A DNA stretch of 64,000 bases from Acidobacteriota bacterium (lineage in GTDB: Bacteria; Acidobacteriota; UBA6911; RPQK01; JAJDTT01): NCBI GenBank assembly GCA_965217775.1, contig CBDCJH010000002.1, positions 5,344,001 to 5,408,000 of the forward strand, written 5' to 3'. Under the pieces are notes generated by a model. The model worked only from the letters and a program-made list of their open reading frames with translations. It was not told the DNA's origin and ran no database searches. This document shows, piece after piece, positions 30,742 through 39,490 of this stretch; positions within the stretch are counted from its first letter, which is position 1, and each line of letters starts with the position of its first letter. The position numbers and the translations under genes were made by a program.

Positions 30742-30868
30742 CGCTCCTCAGTGTAGCAGCCGTAGGCGCAACTCTCCCGCCACGTTGGGTTCGACAGCGA
30801 GCCTTGAGGGATTGCACAAAAAAGATGCAAAATGCAGGAAGTCTTCATTTGACAACCGCTTGAATCGT

Positions 30869-30915
30869 GTCTTCACAACGTTTTCCACCGGCATTTCCAC
30901 AAAACCCGTGGACAA
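30869..30915. promoter_or_regulatory. Cluster of DnaA-box-like 9-mers
   Basis: GTCTTCACA, TTTTCCACC and ATTTCCACA at a 12-bp period, plus inverted TTGTCCACG; 1-2 mismatches each to TTWTNCACA. Confidence 0.35.
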
Positions 30916-31085
30916 CCCGTCCCGTCCGAGGTCCGGCCCCCCGTTTATCGCCCGAGGAGTCGTTTGCAACGGCGGAAAAAAGGGGTAACGTAACGTGACG
31001 TCAGGGATCATCGGGGATCGGAGTTCATGGGAATGGTCCATGAGGTGGAAGAAGCGGCTCCGAGTACGGTTTCAGGGGATGTTCT

Positions 31086-32657
31086 GTGAAGAGTAATCGA
31101 TTCGGTACCGCATCCTCCGCCTTCGGGGCCTCGGACGTGGCCGAACTGGACTACCGCCGGGACATCGGCGAGCCTGGTTCGTACCCCTACACGCGGGGCA
31201 TCTACTCGAACATGTACCGGGGCCGTCTCTGGACCATGCGCCAATTCTCGGGCCATGGAAGCGCCGAGGAAACGAATCGCCGGTATCGCTTCCTCCTGGA
31301 GCACGGACAGACCGGGCTCTCCGTCGCTTTCGATCTGCCGACCCTGATGGGCCTGGATTCGGATGATCCCCTCTCGGCGGGTGAAGTCGGAAAATGCGGT
31401 GTTGCCGTCGACTCCCTTCGGGACATGGAAGTCCTTTTCGATCGGATCGATCTGTCCCGGGTCAGCACCTCCATGACCATCAACGCTCCCGCGGCCGTCC
31501 TCTTGGCCATGTACGTGGTGGCGGCGGAGAAGCAGGGAGTTGCGGCCCACCGGATCCGGGGCACCCTCCAGAACGACATCTTGAAGGAATACATCGCGCA
31601 GAAGGAGTGGATCTACCCTCCCGCCCCGTCCATGCGTCTGGTCGTGGATTCGATCCAGTTCTGCTCGCAGCAGCTTCCCCGATACAACAGCATTTCCATC
31701 AGCGGGTACCACATTCGCGAAGCCGGCTCCACTGCGGTGCAGGAACTGGCCTTCACCCTGCGCGACGGTGTCGAATACGTGGACTGGTGCGTCCGCCGCG
31801 GAATGGAGGTGGATGACTTCGCACCCCGCCTCTCCTTCTTCTTCAACTCCCACCACAATTTCTTCGAAGAGATCGCCAAGTTCCGGGCTGCCCGAAGGCT
31901 CTGGGCGCGGACCATGAGGAACCGTTTTGGAGCCCGGAACGAGCGCTCCCGGATGTGCCGGTTCCACACTCAGACCGCCGGTTGCACCTTGACCATGCAG
32001 CAGCCGGCCAACAACATCATCCGGACCACGTTGCAGGCGGTAGCCGCGGTGTTGGGGGGCACCAATTCCCTTCACACCAACGCTCTGGACGAGGCGTGGG
32101 CGCTTCCCACCGAGGAGACGGCCAAGATCGCCCTGCGGACTCAGCAGGTTCTGGCCTACGAGTCGGGCCTCACCGCGAGCGTGGACCCCGCGGGCGGGTC
32201 CTATTACCTGGAGAACCTCACCTGCCGGGTCGAGGATCAGGCAGTGGAGTACATGGACAGGATCGACGGGATGGGAGGAATGATCGACGCCATCGAGGCC
32301 GGATACCCGCAGCGCGAGATCCAGGATGCCTCCTATCGGGAGCAACGCGCCATCGAGAAAGAGGACCAGGTGGTGGTCGGCGTGAACCGTTTCGTCACCG
32401 ACGAGCCCGCCCGGCCGGAGATTCTCCGAATCGGTCCGGAAGTCGAGGAGGCTCAGGTCAGAAGCCTGCGGGTCCTGAGGCGGGAGCGGAACGAGGCGAG
32501 CGTCAGCCGGGCCCTCCGCGACCTGTGCCAGGCCGCCAGGACCGACCGGAACCTGATGCCCCATCTGGTTCATGCGGTGCGGGAATATGCCACCGTGGGG
32601 GAGATCTGTACCTCCCTGAAGGAGGTCTTCGGGGTCTATCAGGAGCCCTTGTTCTGA
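31086..32657 (+). CDS. B12-dependent acyl-CoA mutase large subunit (methylmalonyl-CoA mutase family; isobutyryl-CoA mutase-type signature)
   Basis: [59 protein letters not shown]. Confidence 0.93.
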   Translation: MKSNRFGTASSAFGASDVAELDYRRDIGEPGSYPYTRGIYSNMYRGRLWTMRQFSGHGSAEETNRRYRFLLEHGQTGLSVAFDLPTLMGLDSDDPLSAGEVGKCGVAVDSLRDMEVLFDRIDLSRVSTSMTINAPAAVLLAMYVVAAEKQGVAAHRIRGTLQNDILKEYIAQKEWIYPPAPSMRLVVDSIQFCSQQLPRYNSISISGYHIREAGSTAVQELAFTLRDGVEYVDWCVRRGMEVDDFAPRLSFFFNSHHNFFEEIAKFRAARRLWARTMRNRFGARNERSRMCRFHTQTAGCTLTMQQPANNIIRTTLQAVAAVLGGTNSLHTNALDEAWALPTEETAKIALRTQQVLAYESGLTASVDPAGGSYYLENLTCRVEDQAVEYMDRIDGMGGMIDAIEAGYPQREIQDASYREQRAIEKEDQVVVGVNRFVTDEPARPEILRIGPEVEEAQVRSLRVLRRERNEASVSRALRDLCQAARTDRNLMPHLVHAVREYATVGEICTSLKEVFGVYQEPLF

Positions 32658-32670
32658 GGTTTCAGCGCGA

Positions 32671-33063
32671 ATGAACAACCGAAGACTCAGGATCCTCATT
32701 GCCAAGCCGGGGCTGGACGGACACGACCGGGGCGCCAAGATCGTGGCCCGCGCCCTTCGCGATGCCGGGATGGAGATCATCTATACCGGGTTGCGGCAGA
32801 CTCCCGAGCAGATCGTGCAGGCTGCCATCCAGGAAGACGTGGACGCCATCGGACTTTCCATCCTCTCGGGTGCTCACGAGCACCTCTTCAATCGGATCAT
32901 GCAGCTTCTGGCCGACCAGGATGCCCTGGACATCCTGGTCTTCGGAGGCGGCATCATCCCGGACGAAGACATTCCCGGCCTCAAGGAACTGGGTGTGGCC
33001 GAGATCTTTCAACCGGGATCCTCTACCCGGGACATCATCCGGTTTCTGAATCAGGCCGTCTGA
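32671..33063 (+). CDS. Cobalamin-binding small subunit of acyl-CoA mutase
   Basis: [13 protein letters not shown] (DxHxxG), [14 protein letters not shown]. Confidence 0.95.
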   Translation: MNNRRLRILIAKPGLDGHDRGAKIVARALRDAGMEIIYTGLRQTPEQIVQAAIQEDVDAIGLSILSGAHEHLFNRIMQLLADQDALDILVFGGGIIPDEDIPGLKELGVAEIFQPGSSTRDIIRFLNQAV

Positions 33064-33101
33064 ACCGGGTTCGGCCAGGCGGAAGAATCGGGGAATTCCG
33101 G

Positions 33102-34130
33102 TCAACCGGTTTCACGAAGGAGAGACCGCACCGCCTCCAATACGCGGGGGACGGTGATCGACCGGATGCACATGGGCTCCTGGTAGTGAAGACAGTAGTA
33201 ACCCGGGCAGGGAATGCAGGGGAGGTCGGATCGAATCAAGCGGTGGCGGGTCCCCCAGGGAGACCAGACCGGGGAGTCGGAAGACCCGAAGATGGCAACC
33301 AGGGGCTTGCCCAGGGCCGCGGCGATATGGGTCGTGCCCGTGTCGTTCCCCAGATAAAGGCGGCACAGCGAGGTCAGGGCGATGAACTGGTCCAGCGGAA
33401 ACGGCCCCATGAAATGGATCGAGGCCGGAGCGGTGTTCCTGAGATCCTCCAGGAGCGGCTCCTCGCCCGGACCCGCCGTGAAGAGGATTGCGTGCCCCTC
33501 GGCCTCCAGCAGTGCCGCGATCTCCGCATACCTCGCCGATTCCCATTGCTTGGTGTCGAATGCGGCGCCTGGATGAATCAGGATGAAGCCCTCCTCGATG
33601 GCGCGCCGGGCCAGGAGCTTCCGAACCTGGTCCAGGGCCGCGGTCCCGACCGGGACCTGGAGCGGAGGCAGGGGCTCTATCTCGAATCCAAGATATTTGA
33701 GGGGCGAAAGCTGGTGCTCGACGGTGTGGATTGAATCCTTGCCCCAGATCCGACGCGAATCGGGAACGGATCGGTTATAGAAGCGGCGGCTGCGGCTGCT
33801 GGCGTAGCCGAGGCGCACGGCCGCCCCCGAAAGGGCGGTGATGAGAGCGCTGGTGGTCCCGCCGTGGAGGTCGACCGTCAGGTCCGGAGAGAAACTTCGG
33901 GCCGCCCGAATGGCCAGGCTCCGGGTCATGAGCTTGGATCGGCCGCGGGGGATGGTAATGATCCGGTCCACGTCGGGATTGTTCGCCAGCACCTCGTGAA
34001 ACGGCGCTTCCAGGAGCACGGCCACGCGGGTGCCGGGGTTTCGTTTGAGGACCGTGAGAGCCGGGGTCATCAGGACCGTGTCCCCCAGAGAGCGCAGGCG
34101 CACCAGCAGGACGCGGGAACGGCGGGTCAT
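33102..34130 (-). CDS. Glycosyltransferase family 9 (LPS heptosyltransferase-like)
   Basis: RLRSLGDTVLMTP, IHPGAAFDTKQW, GNDTGTTHIAAALGKPLVAIFG. Confidence 0.9.
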   Translation of the reverse strand: MTRRSRVLLVRLRSLGDTVLMTPALTVLKRNPGTRVAVLLEAPFHEVLANNPDVDRIITIPRGRSKLMTRSLAIRAARSFSPDLTVDLHGGTTSALITALSGAAVRLGYASSRSRRFYNRSVPDSRRIWGKDSIHTVEHQLSPLKYLGFEIEPLPPLQVPVGTAALDQVRKLLARRAIEEGFILIHPGAAFDTKQWESARYAEIAALLEAEGHAILFTAGPGEEPLLEDLRNTAPASIHFMGPFPLDQFIALTSLCRLYLGNDTGTTHIAAALGKPLVAIFGSSDSPVWSPWGTRHRLIRSDLPCIPCPGYYCLHYQEPMCIRSITVPRVLEAVRSLLRETG

Positions 34131-34333
34131 CCCCCAGCTTGTTCGGTCGCGGACGGACCTTCCGGCGGTTCGATGCTGGCCTCGTCGATGAGCATCACCG
34201 GGATATCGTCACGGATAGGATAGACTCGGAAACAGGCACCGCACCTCAATCCGTTGCCGTCTGCAGTCGGGATCACCTCGGTCTTGCAGACCGGGCAAGC
34301 CAGGATCTCCAGCAACTCCGGGTTGATTGCCAT
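34127..34333 (-). CDS. Trm112 family (YcaR-like) protein
   Basis: LLEILACPVCK...C..C.RVYPIRDDIPVMLIDEA. Confidence 0.92.
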   Translation of the reverse strand: MAINPELLEILACPVCKTEVIPTADGNGLRCGACFRVYPIRDDIPVMLIDEASIEPPEGPSATEQAGG

Positions 34334-34453
34334 CGGCTAAGACTACCGGCTGGAACTCGCCGGGGTCAATCCGGCGCGGCCCAGGACCTTCCTCATTTTT
34401 CTGGGGGTTCGGGAGAACAGGGGAAGCAGGTTTGAACGAGGATCGCGACGTAA

Positions 34454-34611
34454 CAGTCCGTGGTGAAAGTCCCGCGAGCACCGAGACCGTTCCTGCGCCC
34501 GCCGGACAAGGCGCGATTCGGGTGCATACCGGGAGTATGTGCCCGAATCGCAACGCCGTCCGCCGGGATGCAGGGACGGTCGAATGCCGTGATGACTTTT
34601 GCCACGGGCTG
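34454..34611 (-). mobile_element. MITE copy 6 (158 bp)
   Basis: Identical to copy 3; flanks GTAA/GTAG. Confidence 0.85.
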
Positions 34612-34695
34612 GTAGGGACACCCCTTGCGGGTGACCGCTCCCGTCCCTCACTGATCGACCCGGGGAGGGCGACCACACACAAGGGTCGCCCTTAC
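34612..34695. repeat. Inverted pair of degenerate GTAG-type REP palindromes
   Basis: GTAGGGACACCCCTTGCGGGTG...GGGCGACCACACACAAGGGTCGCCCTTAC. Confidence 0.55.
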
Positions 34696-34706
34696 GCGGC
34701 CCGCGG

Positions 34707-34768
34707 GGAAAAGGGGACAGTCTATTTTTCCGGGACGCACAGGAAAAGGGGACAGTCTATTTTTCCGG
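34707..34768 (+). repeat. Exact 27-bp direct repeat, two copies, 8-bp spacer
   Basis: GGAAAAGGGGACAGTCTATTTTTCCGG at 34707-34733 and 34742-34768; each copy has GGAAAA/TTTTCC arms. Confidence 0.85.
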
Positions 34769-34785
34769 TACGGGAGAAATGGCAG

Positions 34786-35556
34786 ATGAAACGTTATACG
34801 TTCCGTGATACCAACCCGGCTGAAGTGAGACTTGTCCTTCTCGCGAAGGTCTTCGAGCCGGAGATGCGAGGGCTTCTGGCAAGGCTCCCCAAAAGGCCGT
34901 TTCAGTTCGGTCTCGATCTCGGTAGTGGCCCCGGATTCACGACGCGACTTCTCATGGATGTCGTCCAACCGTTGCGCGTTGTGGGAATGGACATATCCGG
35001 GAGTTACGTGCGATCGGCTCGGACCAGATTTCCAGATCTCGAGTTCGTGGTGCACGACGTGACGCAGACACCGTTTCCCATCGAGAGCCCGGATTTGATC
35101 ATTGCCCGGCTGTTACTGGCCCATCTTTCGGGTCCCGTGGGAATTCTGGAAGCGTGGGCCAATGAATTGGCTCCCCGGGGCTTGGTTGCCGTCGCTGAAG
35201 TGGAGTTCATCAAGACCGAACATCCCGTATTCTCGACCTACCTGTCCGTTGTGGAGAGCTTGATTGCCGACAGCGGTGGAACGCTCTACCTGGGCCCGCG
35301 CCTGGCCGCCGCTCATCCCAAGAAGTTGCGGCGACTGTCGGATGAGGTCTACAGGGCGCCCGTATCTACGGGGGACGCCGCGAAAATGTTCTCGCTTAAC
35401 TTGAGCGTCTGGAGGTCAGACCGTTTCGTCGTCGACAATTACGAAACAAGTTTTCTGGATGTCCTCGCCCGCCGACTCGAACAGCATCAGGCTCAGACCT
35501 GCAGGGACAGGATCGAATGGGGGATACGCCATATCGTGTATGAACGTCTCGATTGA
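34786..35556 (+). CDS. Class I SAM-dependent methyltransferase (trans-aconitate methyltransferase-like)
   Basis: LDLGSGPGFTT, VGMDIS, HDVT..PFP...DLIIARLLLAHL; ATG 34786 after GGGAG. The longer ORF-track start runs through repeats. Confidence 0.85.
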   Translation: MKRYTFRDTNPAEVRLVLLAKVFEPEMRGLLARLPKRPFQFGLDLGSGPGFTTRLLMDVVQPLRVVGMDISGSYVRSARTRFPDLEFVVHDVTQTPFPIESPDLIIARLLLAHLSGPVGILEAWANELAPRGLVAVAEVEFIKTEHPVFSTYLSVVESLIADSGGTLYLGPRLAAAHPKKLRRLSDEVYRAPVSTGDAAKMFSLNLSVWRSDRFVVDNYETSFLDVLARRLEQHQAQTCRDRIEWGIRHIVYERLD

Positions 35557-35642
35557 CCGAAACACGGCGGTGACGTCCATGGTCACGAGCCGGTGACCTC
35601 ATTGAGGTTGTCCCAATCCGTCATGCCAGGTGGAGGGACCGG

Positions 35643-36206
35643 TCAGCTTCCCAGTTCTGCCGTCACCAGCTTGAGGTGCCGGGCTCCGTGGCTGTGCAGC
35701 CGGCTCTCGAAAAGGTGGATCCGGCGGACACGGAATGAAACCGGACTCGGCCGGTCCGCATCCTGGTCGAGAAAGCCCGACAGCCGTTTCAGATTCCGGG
35801 AAGACTTGAGTCGCAGCAGGGTCAAGTGAGGTCTGAACTTCTTTTTGTCCCGGTCGAATCCCAGTTGTTGCAGCTCGTGTTCCAGGAGATGTCGCAGACG
35901 TGCCAAATCCCCGTCTCCGGAGATCCCGGCCCAGACGACTCGAGGCCGTTTCCGGCTGGGGAAGGCTCCCAGGCTCCCGACCGCCAGTGGGAAGGGCCGG
36001 ATCTGGCGCGCACAACGCCGAATCGCGTCGCCAAGCCCGGGAACTCGACTTGCCTCGACGTTGCCCAGGAATCGAAGGGTCAGGTGAATGGACGAGACCG
36101 GGGCCAGCCTGGCGTCCGGATCCAAGGAGCCGAGAGCGGCCGAGACGGAGTTCAAATGGTTCTTGACTTCCGCGGGGACTTCGACGGCGATGAAGGCGCG
36201 GATCAC
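35643..36206 (-). CDS. thpR: RNA 2',3'-cyclic phosphodiesterase (2H family)
   Basis: RAFIAV, HLTLRFLG and PHLTL (two HxT motifs); GTGA overlap with the upstream gene. Confidence 0.92.
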   Translation of the reverse strand: MIRAFIAVEVPAEVKNHLNSVSAALGSLDPDARLAPVSSIHLTLRFLGNVEASRVPGLGDAIRRCARQIRPFPLAVGSLGAFPSRKRPRVVWAGISGDGDLARLRHLLEHELQQLGFDRDKKKFRPHLTLLRLKSSRNLKRLSGFLDQDADRPSPVSFRVRRIHLFESRLHSHGARHLKLVTAELGS

Positions 36207-36733
36207 GTCAAATGCCTTCGGATCCAGTCCAGGGCGATACGGCATGCCTCCAACCGGATCGCCTCGCGGTCGCCCTCCAGCAAGAGTTTTCGGGCGCGAG
36301 TTTCCGTGCAATCGGAAAGGCCGAGATAGACCAGGCCCACCGGCTTTTCCGGGCTTCCCCCGGAGGGGCCCGCGATCCCGGTCACCGAAATGCCCAGATC
36401 GGCCCCGCTCCAACTCCGGACTCCCCGGGCCATCTGACATGCGACCGGCTCGCTGACCGCGCCCCATCGATCCAAGGCTGCCGGATTCACCTTGAGATGC
36501 CGGATCTTGAGAGCGTTGCTGTAACTGATGATTCCGCCCTGGTAGAAGTCGGAGCTGCCCGGAATGTCAGTCAAGAGCTTGCCCAGGTAGCCTCCCGTGC
36601 ATGACTCGGCGGTGGCCAGGGTCTTCCCCTGCCGTCTCAGCAAGCGTCCCACCACCGACTCGAGGGGTTCCTCCTCGAGGGTTCGATTCACGGTCTTCGG
36701 CGCTGATCTCATGCCATGCCGGGCGTCCGTCAT
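36203..36733 (-). CDS. CinA C-terminal domain / NMN deamidase (PncC-like)
   Basis: ATAESCTGG, PGSSDFY, YSNALK, GAVSEPVA, TGIAGPSGG..KPVGLV. Confidence 0.92.
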   Translation of the reverse strand: MTDARHGMRSAPKTVNRTLEEEPLESVVGRLLRRQGKTLATAESCTGGYLGKLLTDIPGSSDFYQGGIISYSNALKIRHLKVNPAALDRWGAVSEPVACQMARGVRSWSGADLGISVTGIAGPSGGSPEKPVGLVYLGLSDCTETRARKLLLEGDREAIRLEACRIALDWIRRHLT

Positions 36734-36737
36734 CGAC

Positions 36738-37211
36738 CTACGACGGAGAAACGAAAGCGTAGACGATCCTCAGCAGCAGACCCGCGTAGAGGCCGGCGAT
36801 CAGGTCGTCACAGACGATTCCCATGCCTCCCCGGAGTCGTTCCACTTGCTTGATGGGATAGGGTTTCAGAATGTCGAAGACGCGAAATGCCACGAAGCCC
36901 ATGACCAGGAACGTCCATGAAAACGGAACCCAGAGAAGGCAGAAAATCTGTCCGACGACCTCATCGATGACGACGTGCGAAGGGTCGGGCTCAGCCTCCC
37001 GGCGGGCGACGCGTGCCGAGGCCCAGATGCTGACCGGTAGCAGCAGCACCAGGGCCGCGCCGAGCTGCAGCGTTGCCGAGTCGGAAGCCCGGTGCAGCAG
37101 GGCGACGGCTCCGGCTGTGACCAGCGACGCGAATGTCCCGGGGATGTACGGGACGTACCCAAGACCGAGCGCGGTGCCCAGAGCGTTGGCAAGATGACCG
37201 TTGTCACGCAT
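36738..37211 (-). CDS. pgpA: Phosphatidylglycerophosphatase A
   Basis: PGTFAS, DPSHVVIDEVVG, FRVFDILKPYPI, GGMGIVCDDLIAG. Confidence 0.93.
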   Translation of the reverse strand: MRDNGHLANALGTALGLGYVPYIPGTFASLVTAGAVALLHRASDSATLQLGAALVLLLPVSIWASARVARREAEPDPSHVVIDEVVGQIFCLLWVPFSWTFLVMGFVAFRVFDILKPYPIKQVERLRGGMGIVCDDLIAGLYAGLLLRIVYAFVSPS

Positions 37212-37377
37212 TCTTTTCTTCCGTGTCCTTCCCAGTCAGTGGGACGATTCGATATTCCCCACCCAGCCAACGGCCCAGGTCCACGAACCTGCAGCGCTCA
37301 CTGCAGAAGGGAAATTCGGGGTCATTCCTTTTCACGTTTCGTTTACAGATGGTGCATTTGGAGATTTCTCGACTCAT
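37204..37377 (-). CDS. yacG: DNA gyrase inhibitor YacG (57 aa, not in ORF track)
   Basis: Hand translation MSREISKCTICKRNVKRNDPEFPFCSERCRFVDLGRWLGGEYRI...; CxxC...PFCSxRC..DLG.W..EY motif; GGAAGG RBS. Confidence 0.9.
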   Translation of the reverse strand: MSREISKCTICKRNVKRNDPEFPFCSERCRFVDLGRWLGGEYRIVPLTGKDTEEKNA

Positions 37378-37425
37378 GTCGAGGACCTTCCATTCGAACC
37401 TGTCCTCCGGCGCGAAAACAAATTC

Positions 37426-39486
37426 TCAGATGCCGCCTGGACGCCGAAGTGAATCCAGGGAAATACGAATTTCCGCCAGTTCGGAAGAACTGGGATTCAG
37501 CCCGCCGAAGCGATTTCTATAGTAGATCTCCGTCAGCCTCTGGGGCACGGTACTCTTCAATACGCCACTGATTCTGCCTGCGAATTCTCCTGGGGTCTCG
37601 GACCTCTTCCGGACCAGCCCCCGTCCCTCCAAAATCTGAACCAATTCCAGATAGTAGTCGGGTATCAACGTGGCAGAACGCCGGGCCCATCTCCGGCCGG
37701 TCCACCCCGTCCGGATCCTCCTCCAGAACCGCGGACCGGTCCGAACCAGGAGCAGTGCCGAAACCAGAATGGCCGCCGCCGCGAGTCCCGCCCGTTGCCA
37801 AGTGACTCCCGAGACCCACTCGGACCAGATGGCCACTGTGCGCCTCCGCGAGCTGTCCCAGCCGTCTTTCCAGGAATCGCCCAGCGTCTGGAACAAGCCG
37901 TACTGTTTCAGGTGGTCGAAGGTCACCACATCCAGCCACGCCAGATCGATGGCGTCCAGCAACTCGCGGAGAGCGGCAAGAACCGGAAGAGCGGCGCCGG
38001 CGGAGACTGCTGGCGTGGCGTCGAATTCGATCCACTCCCGTCCCGGGAAATAGGCTTCGACCCAACTGTGGGCATCCGAGTGGCGGACCACGAAGTAACC
38101 GTTCCACCGGTTGTAGTCTCCCCGCTTGAAGCCGTTGACCACCCGGGTCGGAATACCCAATGTTCGCAGCAGGACGGCTTGGGCTGTGGCGAAATACTCG
38201 CAGTGTCCCGCCCGCGACTCGAACAGGAAATCGTGGAGCGGGTCGCGGCTAGCCGCCGAGGAGTTTTTGAGAGAGTACTCGTAGTTCTCCTTCAAGAACT
38301 GTTCGACCATAAAGGCTTGGTGGATGGGATCGGTGATTCCTGCGGTAATGCGCCGGGTCAGACGGCCGACCTCCGGGTCCAGCTCGGGGAGCTGCAGATA
38401 GTGTCGCCCTGGAGCCTGGAGGTAGACTGGAACGGGAGCTTGGGAGAGTTTCTGGTTTCGGGTCATCACGTCGGAGAAGACGGTGTACGTCCTGACTCCG
38501 GCGCCGGCCGTCCTGAAGGACCGGTTCCCGTCCTGGAAAACGTAAGGCCGGTGGAGCCGCCCGGAAATCAGAATGATGTCCGGGAGCCCGAACAACACTC
38601 GGGTCAGTGGCTCTTGGTGGATGGTCTGGCGGATCAGGAACTCCTCCTGCCGGCGCCTGCCGGCCACCAGAAACCCCTGATAGCGATCGTCCCGGACGAC
38701 CTGCCTGAGGCCCCGGGTACTGGACCATGTCTTTCCGTCGTAGTGATCGAAGGCGATGCCCCTCCACTTCAGCTCCGGAGGTATCCGGTGCGGTGGCTTG
38801 TCCACCTTGATTCGCAGCACCACCTCCTCGTTGATGAGGATCTCTCCCATTTCGCCCAGGCTGACTTTCTCGGAGAATCCGCTCAGATGGCCTGAAACGC
38901 GCTTTGGCGGCAACACTCCCAGGGTCCCCCGGGGAATGACCACGAAGATGGGGACCGAAACCACCGCCAGCAGCAACGTAATGAGAAGGGCAGTCGACAG
39001 GTGCCCGCGAAGTGCGAGGTTGAGCCCGCGAGTCTTCTCATAGGGATCCTTGCTCTCCAGCAACATGAGCACCAGCACGGCCAGGAAAAGGAACAGCAGG
39101 ACCCAGACCGGAAATACGACGGAGATGGTGGCGGTGGATGCAATCAGGACGAAAGCAAAGGAGATGAACAGCAGCAGGAGGTAATCGCGCTTCGTACGGG
39201 CGCTGCAGAGCCTCACCAGACTAACGAGCATGAGCAGATGGGCCGTCGCCGGAATGAACGGGGAAAAGGCCACGGCATCGACGACGAACAGGGCCAGCAG
39301 GATGCCGAAGACGATGCCTTGAACGGCGCCGTCCAGCCGGATTCGGGGCAGGAATCGAGTCGTGGCCAGGCAGGCGAGGTAGCCGAGCAACATCCCGCCG
39401 CCGATTTCGCCGGACGAGTAGAGTGTCGACACGCCGGTCACCTGGAGTCCGTAGCTGGTCAGATGCAGGGCCGTCTTGAACCGCAT
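37426..39486 (-). CDS. DUF3488/TgpA-like membrane transglutaminase-like protein
   Basis: N-terminal TM helices; WRGIAFDHYDG, GHCEYFATA, DAHSWVE, FDATP. Confidence 0.9.
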   Translation of the reverse strand: MRFKTALHLTSYGLQVTGVSTLYSSGEIGGGMLLGYLACLATTRFLPRIRLDGAVQGIVFGILLALFVVDAVAFSPFIPATAHLLMLVSLVRLCSARTKRDYLLLLFISFAFVLIASTATISVVFPVWVLLFLFLAVLVLMLLESKDPYEKTRGLNLALRGHLSTALLITLLLAVVSVPIFVVIPRGTLGVLPPKRVSGHLSGFSEKVSLGEMGEILINEEVVLRIKVDKPPHRIPPELKWRGIAFDHYDGKTWSSTRGLRQVVRDDRYQGFLVAGRRRQEEFLIRQTIHQEPLTRVLFGLPDIILISGRLHRPYVFQDGNRSFRTAGAGVRTYTVFSDVMTRNQKLSQAPVPVYLQAPGRHYLQLPELDPEVGRLTRRITAGITDPIHQAFMVEQFLKENYEYSLKNSSAASRDPLHDFLFESRAGHCEYFATAQAVLLRTLGIPTRVVNGFKRGDYNRWNGYFVVRHSDAHSWVEAYFPGREWIEFDATPAVSAGAALPVLAALRELLDAIDLAWLDVVTFDHLKQYGLFQTLGDSWKDGWDSSRRRTVAIWSEWVSGVTWQRAGLAAAAILVSALLLVRTGPRFWRRIRTGWTGRRWARRSATLIPDYYLELVQILEGRGLVRKRSETPGEFAGRISGVLKSTVPQRLTEIYYRNRFGGLNPSSSELAEIRISLDSLRRPGGI

Positions 39487-39490
39487 TGCG

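Noticed and set aside
30760-31085. Cobalamin riboswitch upstream of the B12 mutase
   Set aside because: B12-box and GCCACTG/GGGAAG core motifs were not found
34707-34768. Two 27-bp repeats as a mini CRISPR array
   Set aside because: Only two copies, an 8-bp spacer and no cas genes
10762-34785. Recurring short ORFs such as MAKVVTAFDRPCIPAD... and N-terminal extensions of yebC and the methyltransferase
   Set aside because: They are translations of the MITE, with variable frames and ends and no RBS
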